NCBI GenBank assembly: GCA_021791675.1
Contig: JAJYWE010000009.1
Span: 12,329-69,500 of the forward strand
DNA length: 57,172 bases
Direction of reading: 5' to 3'
From: Actinomycetes bacterium
GTDB lineage: Bacteria; Actinomycetota; Acidimicrobiia; Acidimicrobiales; JAKAOS01
Shown here: in pieces, positions 1 through 9,132 of the stretch
Position numbering within the stretch: position 1 is the first letter of the stretch
Layout of the letters: each line of letters opens with the position of its first letter
Notes under the pieces: generated by a model
What the model was told of the DNA's origin: nothing
What the model saw: the letters and a program-made list of their open reading frames with translations, nothing else
Database searches by the model: none
Made by a program: the position numbers and the translations under genes

Positions 1-278
1 TCGACACCCCGCCGCCCCCCCGGCTGGGTCCCCTGGCGCCCTCCCTGGGTGCGCTCGGGCTCCCGGAGGGGATGCAGGCCCTGCTCGCGCCCCCCGAGCT
101 TCCCCCGCCGGATGCCGACCGCTCGCCGGCTCCTCCAGCACCGGACCAGCAGCCCCCGCCGGGTGCCGACCCCTCGCAGGCTCCTCCAGCACCGGACCAG
201 CATCCCCCGCCGGGTGCCGACCCCTCGCAGGCTCCTCCAGCACCGGACCAGCATCCCCCCGAGACCCCTGTGACCTGA
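1..278 (+). CDS. 3' end of a proline-rich repeat protein (partial, N-terminus upstream of window)
   Basis: Frame is open from the window edge to TGA at 276-278. Translation is Pro/Ala/Asp-rich (...PPGADPSQAPPAPDQHP...). No recognisable domain. Confidence 0.4.
   Translation, partial: DTPPPPRLGPLAPSLGALGLPEGMQALLAPPELPPPDADRSPAPPAPDQQPPPGADPSQAPPAPDQHPPPGADPSQAPPAPDQHPPETPVT
110..262. repeat. 51-bp tandem repeat x3 (17-codon unit) inside the Pro-rich CDS
   Basis: Units at about 110-160, 161-211 and 212-262. Units 2 and 3 are nearly identical (gggtgccgacccctcgcaggctcctccagcaccggaccagcatcccccgcc); unit 1 has diverged. Confidence 0.85.
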
Positions 279-560
279 GTCGCCTGGCATGCCCACCCGA
301 TCCGATCTCGTGGTTCGGGCGCGCAGGGGCCGGAAATGTCCTCCCCATCGGCGAGCGCAGGGGTAGGGTGTTCTCACCAGAGAAAGGAGGTGGTCCAACT
401 GCATAGTCAACGTCGCGGGACCCTGGAGGTGGCTGGCCGCTAGCGCGGCTCGCTGGACCCCTGGCGAATCCCATCCAGGCACCGCCCGTCTCGGTGATCG
501 GGAGCTGGTCCCACCCGACGCCTCTCATCGAACGGGTCCTTTCCAGTGCATTCGCAGAAA

Positions 561-589
561 CGGTGGGGGGCGCGTCGCGCCCCCCACCG
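561..589. terminator. Strong GC palindrome/hairpin in the 279-657 intergenic leader
   Basis: CGGTGGGGGGCGCG-T-CGCGCCCCCCACCG is a near-perfect 29-nt palindrome giving a stem of about 12 bp. No clear U-tract on the + strand. Role unresolved: terminator, attenuator or protein-binding site. Confidence 0.4.
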
Positions 590-657
590 GCGCGTGGGGC
601 CCCGGCGTGCGTGCGCCGCGTCGGCTACCGTCGCAACACAACCGGGGAGGTGGTGCG

Positions 658-1407
658 GTGAGCTCGGTGCGAGAGTGTGTGCAGGCCAACGGCGTCCAGC
701 TCTCCTCCTACGTGGCCCGACCGAACGGGGCGACACCGGGGCGTCCGGCGCTGGTCCTCTGCCACGGCTTCCCGAGCGCGAGTGCGGTCAGGAGCGCGCC
801 GGGGCAGACCTTTCCCGAGCTCGCCGAGCGCCTGGCGGCAGAGACCGGGTGGACCGTGGCGGCCTTCGACGCGCGCGGCACCGGCGACTCGACCGGGGAC
901 TTCTCCGCCTCCGGCTGGATGGCCGACATCGCCGCAGTGGTGGCGCATCTGGACGCGGAGGTCGGCTCGGGGGTGTGGCTTGCCGGCTTCGGCGCGGGTG
1001 GCGCGTTGGCCCTCGTCGTGGCCGCGGGCGACACGCGCGTGCGTGGCGTGGCAACCCTCGGCGCACCGCTCGTGTTGGGCGCGAAGGGCCCCGAGCTGCT
1101 CGCCGCTGCGAGGAACCTCGGGATGTTCCGCACGCCCGGCTACCCCCCGGACCCGGCCCGCTGGCTCGCCGAGCTGGCGGCGCTCGACCCCCTCGAGGCG
1201 GCCCGGGACCTCGGCGGCCGGGCGCTGCTCGTGGTGCACGGGACGGACGACACCGAGGTCCCGGTGTTCGAGGCTCGCGCCCTGGCCGATGCCGCCGAGC
1301 ACGTCGAGCTCCGGATGCTGCACGGGGCCGGGTCGCAGCTGCGCCACGACCCGCGTGCGATCGCCGTGCTCGTGGGTTGGCTGGAGCGCCAAGCCGTCGC
1401 CGCCTGA
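658..1407 (+). CDS. alpha/beta-hydrolase fold protein (nucleophile elbow reads GFGAG)
   Basis: Track ORF 607-1407. In-frame GTG at 658 is preceded by GGGGAGGTGG. Blocks LVLCHGFPS, WLAGFGAGGALAL, VVHGTDDTEVP and HGAGSQLRHD resemble alpha/beta hydrolases. Confidence 0.7.
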   Translation: MSSVRECVQANGVQLSSYVARPNGATPGRPALVLCHGFPSASAVRSAPGQTFPELAERLAAETGWTVAAFDARGTGDSTGDFSASGWMADIAAVVAHLDAEVGSGVWLAGFGAGGALALVVAAGDTRVRGVATLGAPLVLGAKGPELLAAARNLGMFRTPGYPPDPARWLAELAALDPLEAARDLGGRALLVVHGTDDTEVPVFEARALADAAEHVELRMLHGAGSQLRHDPRAIAVLVGWLERQAVAA

Positions 1408-1528
1408 GGCGCGCCGACCCGGCTCGTCGCCGGCGCCGCCCAGTGTGCCCGCCCGAGCCGCTCCTGCGGGCCGCGGGGCTGCGGCCGCTCGGCGCGGCGT
1501 CGGGTGTCGACCGGTTACTGGGCTCGGC

Positions 1529-4291
1529 TCAACGCGTCCAGGGGTCGGGGCTGTCGGCGTCGATGCCGTAGCGGGCGATGGCGTCCGCAACCTCCTCCGG
1601 CTTCGCCTCGCCTCGGGCTGCGAGCGCCGAGAGCGTTGCGACGACCACGTGTGCGGCGTCGGTCTCGAAGAAGCGCCGGAGCGCCGCCCGGGTGTCGGAG
1701 CGCCCGAAGCCGTCCGTCCCGAGCGAGACCAGCCCGTTCGGGACGAAGCGCGCGATCTGGTCGGGCACCGCGCGCAGGTAGTCGGTGACCGCCACGACGG
1801 GTCCCTCCACCGAGCCGAGTGCTCGGGTCACGAAGGGTGTCCGCCCGGGCTCTCCGGGGTGGAGTCGGTTCCAGCGCTCGACCGAGAGGGCCTCCTCGCG
1901 CAGCGCCTTGTAGGACGTCACGGACCACGCGTCGGCGGAGACGTCCCACTCGTTCGCGAGCAGCTCGCGGGCCTCCATCACCGCGGACCACGCGGTGCCG
2001 GAGAAGAGCAGGGTGGCGTGGCGACCGGCCGGTGCGGCCGCCTGCTTCGCCCGAGTGCCCCGAGCGGGGCGTCGTGCCGTCGCCGACCCCGTGACCTCGG
2101 CCGGCGGGGCGAAGCGGTAGAGGCCGGCGAGCACCCCGGCACGGATCCCCTCGCGATCCTCCCCGGCGGGGGGCTGGACGTAGTTCTCGTTGTAGAGGGT
2201 GAGGTAGTAGAAGCAGTGCTCGCCGTCCGGCCCGAACATCCGCCGGATGCCGTCCTCCACGACGATTGCGACCTCGTACGCGAAGGCTGGGTCGAACGCG
2301 CGAAGCGTCGGATGGACGGACGCGAGGAGGTGCGAGTGCCCGTCGTCGTGCTGGAGCCCCTCCCCGGTGAGCGTCGTCCGCCCTGCGGTGCAGCCGAGGA
2401 GGAAGCCCTTCGCGCCGATGTCACCCGCGAGCCACGCGAGATCGCCGCTGCGCTGGAACCCGAACATGGAGTAGAAGAGGTAGAAGGGAATGGTCGCCTG
2501 GCCCCAGGTCGCGTAGCTGCTCCCCGCCGCGATGAAGCTGGCCATCGACCCGTCCTCGGTGATGCCCTCCTCCAGGATCTGGCCGTCGGTGCGCTCTGCG
2601 TAGCTGAGCAGCAGGTCTGCGTCGACGGGGGTGTAGCGCTGGCCGTCGGGCGCGTAGATGCCGATCTCCTTGAAGAGCGCGTCCAGCCCGAAGGTGCGCG
2701 CCTCGTCCGGCACGATCGGGACGACGCGTGCACCGAAGCCGGGGTCGCGGACGAGGTTGCGGAGCATCCGCGCGAAGGCCATGGTCGTCGAGACCGCCTG
2801 GCGCCCCGAGCCCTCGAGGAACTCGGCGAAGGTCTCGGGCGCCGGCGCAGGGAGCGGCGCCGCCCGCGCGACCCGGCGGGGGAGCGAGCCGGAGAGTGCC
2901 TTGCGCCGGGTGAGCAGGTACTCGTGGGCCGGCGAGCCCTCCGGCGGCCGGTAGTAGGGCGGGAGCTCGGCCTCGAGCGCCTCGTCCGGGATCTCCTCCT
3001 GGAGGTAGAGCCGATCGCGCAGCGTCATGAGCTGTGCCTTGGTCATCTTCTTGATCTGGTGGGTGGCGTTGCGGGCCTCGATCTCTGGCCCGAGCGTCCA
3101 GCCCTTCACCGTCTTCGCGAGGATGACCGTCGGCCCGCCGGTGTGCTCCGTAGCCGCGCGATAGGCGGCGTAGAGCTTGCGGTAGTCGTGGCCGCCGCGG
3201 GGGAGCGTGCGGAGCTCGTCGTCGCTCAGGTGCTCGACGAGGCGCCGGAGCCGCGGGTCGGGGCCGAAGAAGTGCTCGCGGATGTACGCGCCGGACTCGA
3301 CCGCGTACTTCTGGAACTCGCCGTCGACCGTGGTGTTCATCTTGTTGAGCAGGACGCCGTCGACGTCGCGAGCGAGCAGCTCGTCCCAGCGCGAGCCCCA
3401 GATGACCTTGATCACGTTCCAGCCGGCGCCCCGGAAGACCGCCTCGAGCTCCTGGATGATCTTGCCGTTGCCGCGTACCGGGCCGTCGAGGCGCTGGAGG
3501 TTGCAGTTGACGACGAAGATCAAGTTGTCGAGGCCGTCGCGTGCCGCGAGCGAGAGCGCGCCGAGCGTCTCCGGCTCGTCGACCTCTCCGTCGCCGACGA
3601 AGGCCCAGACCCGCGACCCCGAGGTGTCGGCGAGGTGGCGGGCGCGGAGGTACCGGTTGAAGCGAGCCTGGTATATGGCGGTGAGGGGGCCGAGTCCCAT
3701 CGAGACCGTCGGGAACTCCCAGAAGTCGGGCATCAGGTGCGGGTGGGGGTAGGAGGACAGCCCCTCGCCACCCACCTCCTGGCGGAAGTGGTCGAGCTGG
3801 TTCTCGTCGAACCGGCCCTCGAGGAAGGCTCGGGCGTAGATCCCCGGCGACGCGTGGCCCTGGAAGAAGACCTGGTCGCCCGCCCCGCCGTCGTCCTTGC
3901 CCCGGAAGAAGTGGTTGAAGCCGACCTCGTAGAGGCTCGCCGAGCTGGCGTAGGTCGCGAGGTGGCCGCCGATGCCGTCGGCTCGGTGGTTGGCCCGGGT
4001 CACCATGACGGCCGCGTTCCAGCGGATGTACGCGCGGATGCGCCGCTCCATGTGCTCATCCCCGGGGAACCACGGCTCCTGGCCCGGCGGGATCGTGTTG
4101 ACGTAGGGGGTCGAGACCGTTGCCGGGAAGCCGACCTGCTCCTCCCGGGCTCGCTCCAAGAGGCGCATGAGGAGGTAGCGCGCGCGGGTGCGCCCGTGGG
4201 CCTCGACGAGCTCGTCGAAGGAGTCGAGCCACTCCGCGGTCTCGTCCGGGTCGGTGTCGGGAAGCTGGTGCGAGAAGCCGTCGAAGATCAC
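1529..4291 (-). CDS. aceE: pyruvate dehydrogenase E1 component, homodimeric type
   Basis: Track ORF 1529-4591. About 920 aa from GTG 4291 (VIFDGFSHQLPDTDPDETAEW...). AceE-type blocks include PDFWEFPTVSMGLGP and FVGDGEVDEPE. Confidence 0.93.
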   Translation of the reverse strand: MIFDGFSHQLPDTDPDETAEWLDSFDELVEAHGRTRARYLLMRLLERAREEQVGFPATVSTPYVNTIPPGQEPWFPGDEHMERRIRAYIRWNAAVMVTRANHRADGIGGHLATYASSASLYEVGFNHFFRGKDDGGAGDQVFFQGHASPGIYARAFLEGRFDENQLDHFRQEVGGEGLSSYPHPHLMPDFWEFPTVSMGLGPLTAIYQARFNRYLRARHLADTSGSRVWAFVGDGEVDEPETLGALSLAARDGLDNLIFVVNCNLQRLDGPVRGNGKIIQELEAVFRGAGWNVIKVIWGSRWDELLARDVDGVLLNKMNTTVDGEFQKYAVESGAYIREHFFGPDPRLRRLVEHLSDDELRTLPRGGHDYRKLYAAYRAATEHTGGPTVILAKTVKGWTLGPEIEARNATHQIKKMTKAQLMTLRDRLYLQEEIPDEALEAELPPYYRPPEGSPAHEYLLTRRKALSGSLPRRVARAAPLPAPAPETFAEFLEGSGRQAVSTTMAFARMLRNLVRDPGFGARVVPIVPDEARTFGLDALFKEIGIYAPDGQRYTPVDADLLLSYAERTDGQILEEGITEDGSMASFIAAGSSYATWGQATIPFYLFYSMFGFQRSGDLAWLAGDIGAKGFLLGCTAGRTTLTGEGLQHDDGHSHLLASVHPTLRAFDPAFAYEVAIVVEDGIRRMFGPDGEHCFYYLTLYNENYVQPPAGEDREGIRAGVLAGLYRFAPPAEVTGSATARRPARGTRAKQAAAPAGRHATLLFSGTAWSAVMEARELLANEWDVSADAWSVTSYKALREEALSVERWNRLHPGEPGRTPFVTRALGSVEGPVVAVTDYLRAVPDQIARFVPNGLVSLGTDGFGRSDTRAALRRFFETDAAHVVVATLSALAARGEAKPEEVADAIARYGIDADSPDPWTR

Positions 4292-4362
4292 ATCCCTATG
4301 CTCGCGCCGCTGCGGCCGGAGCGCAGGCCGAGGTCGCTCGCAGGCCGGGAAGGGGAGAGCGG

Positions 4363-4878
4363 ATGCCGACAGGACCAGCACGCGAGCGCGAAGGGCGGCC
4401 GGGCGGTCTCGGGCGCGCCAGCGGCCGAGGGGCCGAGCCGCCCGCGTCGTCGGTCTGGACGGACGGCGCCTGTCTCGGGAACCCGGGTCCGGGCGGGTGG
4501 GCGTGGGCGCTCCCGGGAGGGGCGTGGGCATCCGGTGCAGAGCCAGCCACCACCAACCAGCGCATGGAGCTCCGTGCGGCGCTCGAGGCACTGCTCGCGC
4601 TCCCGGACGTGGCCGAGGTCGTGAGCGACTCGACCTACGTCGTCAACTGCTTCCGACAGCGCTGGTGGGCTGGTTGGGAGCGACGAGGGTGGCGGAACAC
4701 CAAGAACGAGCCCGTCGCGAACCAGGACCTGTGGCGACCGCTCCTCGAGACCGCGTTACCGCGAGGGATCGAGTGGCGATGGGTGAAGGGTCACGCGGGC
4801 AACGCGATGAACGAGCTGGTGGATCGCCTGGCAAACGAGGCCGCCCGGACGGGACGGGGAGGCACCGGCACCTGCTGA
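4363..4878 (+). CDS. rnhA: ribonuclease HI
   Basis: WTDGACLGNPGPGGWAWAL, NQRMELRAALEAL, SDSTYVVN and WVKGHAGNAMNELVDRLA match RNase H type 1. Start is uncertain because the N-terminal ~30 aa are low complexity. Confidence 0.85.
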   Translation: MPTGPAREREGRPGGLGRASGRGAEPPASSVWTDGACLGNPGPGGWAWALPGGAWASGAEPATTNQRMELRAALEALLALPDVAEVVSDSTYVVNCFRQRWWAGWERRGWRNTKNEPVANQDLWRPLLETALPRGIEWRWVKGHAGNAMNELVDRLANEAARTGRGGTGTC

Positions 4879-4985
4879 GCCCGCCGAACGGTGCCTCGGC
4901 GACCAGCTGAGCCCGCCCGACGGTGCCTCGGCACCTGCTGAGCCCGCCGAACGGCACCGCGGCGACCAGCTCAGTCGGCTCCCTC
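4861..4985. repeat. 31-32-bp tandem repeat (about 3.3 units) at the rnhA / thioesterase convergent junction
   Basis: ctgagcccgcc(g/c)(a)acggtgcctcggc recurs, with ctgagc at 4875, 4907 and 4938, plus a degenerate 4th unit cagctcagtcgg. Contains dyads such as GGTGCC-TC-GGCACC (4922-4935). Confidence 0.8.
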
Positions 4986-5954
4986 CGCAGGCGCAGCGGT
5001 GGTTCCCCGCGCGGCGTCGGCGCACGGTGCAGCGTCGATCCCCCGCGTGGCGTCGACAGCTCGTGCGGCGTCGGAAGCAACTGCAGCCTCGGCCACCGGT
5101 GGGATGCCATTCCCGCCGGTGGGCTCGACGAGCAGTCCCTGCACGGCACGGCCGATCGGCCCGTCCAGGTCGTAGAGCACGCTCTCGGCGATGCCTCGGC
5201 CGTTGCCGGTGACCAGGGTGGCGGCGTCGAGGCCGACCCACTCGCCGGCCGGGAGACGTGCCAGGTGGACCGACAGGTCGGGGTTGACGTAGCTCCAGGC
5301 GTCGACGCCGAGCTCGGGGCTGACGCCGTTGCCGAAGTCCGCAGCCGCCACGGCCCGGGCGAACGGTGTCGTCGGCTCGCCGGCCACCACTGCGCTGCGC
5401 AGCCGGATCCAGACGAAGGCCGGGCCGAGGGTGCGGAAGCTGCCGGTCGCGAACCGGAGGTCCGCCCCGATGGTGTGGAAGCCAGGCGTGTTCCAGCGTG
5501 GTGCCACCTCGCGGATCTCCTCCGGCCGGCGCTGCGCGGTGACGGCATCCCACGGGCCGCGAAGGGGTGGCGGTTCCGCCGGCCCCCCGCCCTTGCGGAC
5601 CCACTGCACCAGGCCGCGCGCGAGTACCCGGCCGGCCGGGTCACCCGCTCGGCGGAGCCGCACCTCGCTCACGGCGACGCGACGCCCCGGACGGACCTGC
5701 TCGACGGAGACGGCGAGTGGCAGGAGCGGCACTGCGGACCACAGCTCGAGCGTGAGGCGTGCGGGCTCCATCCCTTCCGGCGCAGCGGCCTCTGCGACGT
5801 GTGCGGCGAGTGCGGCGACGGGTCCGCCGTGCAGCGCGGTCGGGTCCCACGGCCCCCGTGCGGCATCGGTCGGGACGAAGTTCCCGGCGTCGCGCACGAA
5901 CAGCCCCGCGGGCGGCGCGCCGGCGGCCAGCTCGGGCTCGAGCGAGGGATGCAC
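4971..5954 (-). CDS. acyl-CoA thioesterase-like (double hot-dog) family protein
   Basis: 327-aa ORF with GTG start at 5954. The N-terminal [19 protein letters not shown] block resembles thioesterase-like superfamily proteins. Family call is from memory, not from a search. Confidence 0.6.
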   Translation of the reverse strand: MHPSLEPELAAGAPPAGLFVRDAGNFVPTDAARGPWDPTALHGGPVAALAAHVAEAAAPEGMEPARLTLELWSAVPLLPLAVSVEQVRPGRRVAVSEVRLRRAGDPAGRVLARGLVQWVRKGGGPAEPPPLRGPWDAVTAQRRPEEIREVAPRWNTPGFHTIGADLRFATGSFRTLGPAFVWIRLRSAVVAGEPTTPFARAVAAADFGNGVSPELGVDAWSYVNPDLSVHLARLPAGEWVGLDAATLVTGNGRGIAESVLYDLDGPIGRAVQGLLVEPTGGNGIPPVAEAAVASDAARAVDATRGIDAAPCADAARGTTAAPAEGAD

Positions 5955-6031
5955 GTGGCGAGGCTACCGAGCCGTGCCCCGAGCCCGACGGACGCTGGCA
6001 CAACCGGCTACTGGTCGGTAGCGTCGGGTGC

Positions 6032-6799
6032 ATGGAGATCAACGGTTGTGCAGCACTCGTCACCGGCGGCGCCTCGGGGCTCGGGGAGGCGACCGTCCGC
6101 CTGCTCCACGCTCGGGGGGCAGTCTGCACGATCCTCGACCGCAACGGCGAGGCCGGGGCGAAGTTGGCGGCCGAGCTCGGCGGGAAGGCACGTTTCGTCG
6201 AGGCAGACGTGACCGACCCGGGGCAGGTGGAGGCGGCGGTCCGGGACGCAGCCGCCAGCGGGCCGCTGCGGATCTGCGTCAACTGCGCTGGCGTCGGGAT
6301 TGCGAGCCGGGTGCTCGCTCGGGACGGCGCCCCGCACGACTTCGACGCATTCCGCTGGGTCGTCGGCGTCAACCTCTTCGGCACCTTCAACGTGCTCCGG
6401 CTCGCTGCGGCGGCCATCGCTTCGACCGACCCGCTCGACCACGGCGAGCGCGGCGTCATCGTGAACACCGCCTCGATCGCCGCCTACGACGGCCAGATCG
6501 GCCAGGTCGCCTACTCGTCCTCCAAGGGTGGGATCGTCGGGATGACGCTGCCTGCGGCCCGTGATCTCTCGCCGGTCGGCATCAGGGTCGTCACCATCGC
6601 CCCGGGCATCATGGACACGCCGTTGCTCGGCCAGCTCCCCGAGGAGGCGCGGGCCGCGCTCTCGGCGGGGGTGCCGTTCCCGAAGCGTCTCGGCACGCCG
6701 GCGGACTACGCCGCGCTCGTCTCCCACATCTGCGAGAACGGCTACCTGAACGGGGAGGTCATCCGGCTCGACGGGGCGCTTCGGATGCCTCCCAAGTAA
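6032..6799 (+). CDS. SDR oxidoreductase, 3-hydroxyacyl-CoA dehydrogenase type II-like
   Basis: ATG 6032 is in frame in track ORF 5759-6799. [12 protein letters not shown] (TGxxxGxG), [12 protein letters not shown] (YxxxK) and a C-terminal [16 protein letters not shown]. Confidence 0.85.
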   Translation: MEINGCAALVTGGASGLGEATVRLLHARGAVCTILDRNGEAGAKLAAELGGKARFVEADVTDPGQVEAAVRDAAASGPLRICVNCAGVGIASRVLARDGAPHDFDAFRWVVGVNLFGTFNVLRLAAAAIASTDPLDHGERGVIVNTASIAAYDGQIGQVAYSSSKGGIVGMTLPAARDLSPVGIRVVTIAPGIMDTPLLGQLPEEARAALSAGVPFPKRLGTPADYAALVSHICENGYLNGEVIRLDGALRMPPK

Positions 6800-7586
6800 C
6801 GACTTCCGCGACTGCCTGGACCGGCTCGGCGCCGTCGGTTGGGCGCACGAGGTCGGGAGCGCCCGTCTGCCCTGTCACCGGCATGGGGTGCCCGGGCGGT
6901 ACCCACGTGATGGCCACGGGAACGGCCGGCGCCTGCGGGTTCCCGTCGAGCGCCGCTCCGAGGGCCCGGAGGCGGGAGGTGGCGCCGAGGCCCAGCTCGA
7001 CCAGCGCGCTGTACGCGCGGGCCACCTGGCAGAAGCCGTCGGCGCCGGCGTCGGCGTCGGGTTCCCGGCCGAGCTGGCGCCGGACACGCACCCAGGCGGC
7101 CTCGAGTCCGTCCGAGATCGCCCGCTCGACGTCGGGGTCGCCGGCGGCGCGTCCTCGCTCCGCATAGGCGTCGGGAAGGAGTTGCCAGGCCGTTCCTGCC
7201 AGCTCCGCCAGCCGCTGGACGAGCCCCCGCTCGCGAGGGGTGAGCTCCGGGCCGAGCCCGGCCGAGGCAGCTCTCGCGATCGCGGCGACCTGGCGGTTGG
7301 CGGCGGCTGCGTCGGTGAGCAAGGCAACCGCCATCCCCGACCATCGGGCTTCGGTTGCCGGTTCCGGCAGGGCTCCTTCCCGGGCTCCCGATGCACAGCC
7401 GAGTGCCGACTCCCAAGCGAGTGCGGCGGCACGATTCTCGCCTGCGACCAGGGAGGCGGCGATCGCCTGGTCGTTCGCGAGCAAGGCGTCGACGGAGGCG
7501 GCGATGCCCTCGCTGGTCGAGACCAGCACCCGGATCACGTCCCTGTCGATCGCAACCCCCGAGGCGGCCGGCCTGCTGTGGTCCAC
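6759..7586 (-). CDS. hypothetical protein (Ala-rich, no recognised domain)
   Basis: 275-aa ORF with normal-looking composition, while the other frames here are Arg/Pro junk. Lies 36 nt downstream of the MFS gene on the same strand. Its 3' end overlaps the convergent SDR by 41 bp. Confidence 0.5.
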   Translation of the reverse strand: MDHSRPAASGVAIDRDVIRVLVSTSEGIAASVDALLANDQAIAASLVAGENRAAALAWESALGCASGAREGALPEPATEARWSGMAVALLTDAAAANRQVAAIARAASAGLGPELTPRERGLVQRLAELAGTAWQLLPDAYAERGRAAGDPDVERAISDGLEAAWVRVRRQLGREPDADAGADGFCQVARAYSALVELGLGATSRLRALGAALDGNPQAPAVPVAITWVPPGHPMPVTGQTGAPDLVRPTDGAEPVQAVAEVVTWEASEAPRRAG

Positions 7587-7622
7587 TGGTCCCTCGCCCC
7601 TTCTCCCCCGACGCTCGGGATG

Positions 7623-9080
7623 CTACCGGGCGGGATGGTCGGAGCGGGGGACTCTCGCCGGCCCGAGGGCACCCGTCCCCGGGCGGCGTGTGCCGACGAG
7701 CACCACGGCGCTCGCCACGAGGAAGGTGGCGGCCATCGTGAAGAAGGCGGCTGCGAAGGAGACCTCGGTGACCACGACCCCGATGATCGCGACCCAGGCC
7801 GCCCCGACGGCTTGTGAGACGGTGAAGAAGATCCCGAAGCCGGCTCGAGCGAGTCCGCCCGGGAGGAAGTCCGCGAAGAGGGTCTGGCGGAGCGAGAGCT
7901 CGGAGTAGGAGAAGATCCCGACGGCGAGGCCGGCAAGGGCAAGGCCGACGACGGCGTGGCCCGCCCCGAGGAACGCGAGGAGGGCGCCAGCCCCGAGGGC
8001 GTAGTTCGCGAGCAGCACCCCGCGATGGCCGAGCAGGTCGGAGAGCTTGCCCATCAGGACCGGTCCGATCACGGCACCGACGTAGACCACGGTGAGGAGC
8101 GTCCCGAGGAGGAGCGGCCGGAAGTGCAGCGAGGAGTGGAGGTAGGCCGGCGCGTACACGCCGAGGATGCCGATGCCCTGACCGCCGGCCGCAATGGTCC
8201 CCGCCAGGAGGAGCGCGAACACCGGGCGCTGCCGGACGAGATCCACGAGCTGGCGGCGGAAGGACGGCTCCGCATCGCCGGTCGGAGGGTCGCCTGGGGC
8301 GGCGTCCCGAGCGGCGCCCGCCGATCCAGGTTCCCCGGTGCCGGCCAGGCGATGCCAGGGTGCAGGGAGCCACAGCGCGACGCCGAGGGCAGTGGTGGCG
8401 AGGAGCGCGCCGAGCAGCCAGAACCCCCCTCGCCAACCCCCCTCGGCGATCACCGCCGTCACGGCGAGCGGGGCGACGAGGGTCCCGACGTTGCCGGCGG
8501 TGACGTGCCAGCTGAGCATGGTGCCCCGGCGCTCGGGATAGCGGTTCGAGAGGTACGAGCTCCCGACGGGGTGCTGGGGCCAGCCCGCCACCGCCTGGAC
8601 CAGGCGACCGGCCATCAGCACGGCTATCCCCGGTGCGAGCGCGCACACCACGGCGCCCAGCGTCGAGCCGACGTTCTGCGCGACCAGCAGGACCCGGGCC
8701 GAGGTTCTCCGGACCACGAGGGCCAGGCCCTGGAGGGCGCTGCCGGCGATCGCCGAGACCGAGAGGAGGGCACCGACCACCGCGTAGTTCGTGTGGAAGG
8801 CGACGACGACGAAGGGGATCGCGACGCCGAGCCCTGCGACGAAGGCGTGCTGGCCGGCGTGGGACCACCCCACGACGGCGAGGTCACGCACGCGCCGGGA
8901 ACGAGTCGCAGCGGGATTCGCGTGGGCCGGCGGTGCCCCTGTTCCTCCCTCGGACCCGTTGCCCGCCGGAGCGTCGCCGGGGGCACCCGGAGGGGTCGGG
9001 CGGCTCGGTGTGATCCTCGGCGGGTCCGGTTCGGGGCCGGGGTCGGCCGGTGGTGCAGGCTCCCCGTCGGGCGTTGACAC
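7623..9080 (-). CDS. MFS transporter
   Basis: Multiple hydrophobic helices, MFS-like loop SNRYPERRGTMLS, and a Pro-rich cytoplasmic N-terminal tail. Start uncertain. Confidence 0.8.
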   Translation of the reverse strand: MSTPDGEPAPPADPGPEPDPPRITPSRPTPPGAPGDAPAGNGSEGGTGAPPAHANPAATRSRRVRDLAVVGWSHAGQHAFVAGLGVAIPFVVVAFHTNYAVVGALLSVSAIAGSALQGLALVVRRTSARVLLVAQNVGSTLGAVVCALAPGIAVLMAGRLVQAVAGWPQHPVGSSYLSNRYPERRGTMLSWHVTAGNVGTLVAPLAVTAVIAEGGWRGGFWLLGALLATTALGVALWLPAPWHRLAGTGEPGSAGAARDAAPGDPPTGDAEPSFRRQLVDLVRQRPVFALLLAGTIAAGGQGIGILGVYAPAYLHSSLHFRPLLLGTLLTVVYVGAVIGPVLMGKLSDLLGHRGVLLANYALGAGALLAFLGAGHAVVGLALAGLAVGIFSYSELSLRQTLFADFLPGGLARAGFGIFFTVSQAVGAAWVAIIGVVVTEVSFAAAFFTMAATFLVASAVVLVGTRRPGTGALGPARVPRSDHPAR

Positions 9081-9132
9081 GACGACGCGAAACTAGCGTT
9101 ACCGCCGGCCCCCCTCTCGCTCCGCCGGCCCA

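Noticed and set aside
376-392. 16S rRNA 3' end on the minus strand (GGACCACCUCCUUUCU)
   Set aside because: Only about 14 nt match and no surrounding rRNA sequence is present. It is simply the complement of a strong Shine-Dalgarno-like sequence.
279-657. c-di-AMP (ydaO) or glycine riboswitch in the first intergenic region
   Set aside because: Short resemblances exist (CGCGGGACCC, GGCGAAUCC, CACCGAGACGGGCGG, CUCUGGUGAGAAC). They are on mixed strands or in the wrong order relative to the consensus, and key conserved blocks are missing.
677-4624. 1315-aa ORF on the + strand
   Set aside because: It is antisense to aceE over its whole length. The translation is Arg/Gly/Glu/Val/Pro-rich with no motifs, while the opposite strand encodes an unmistakable E1. 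It is a typical high-GC shadow ORF.
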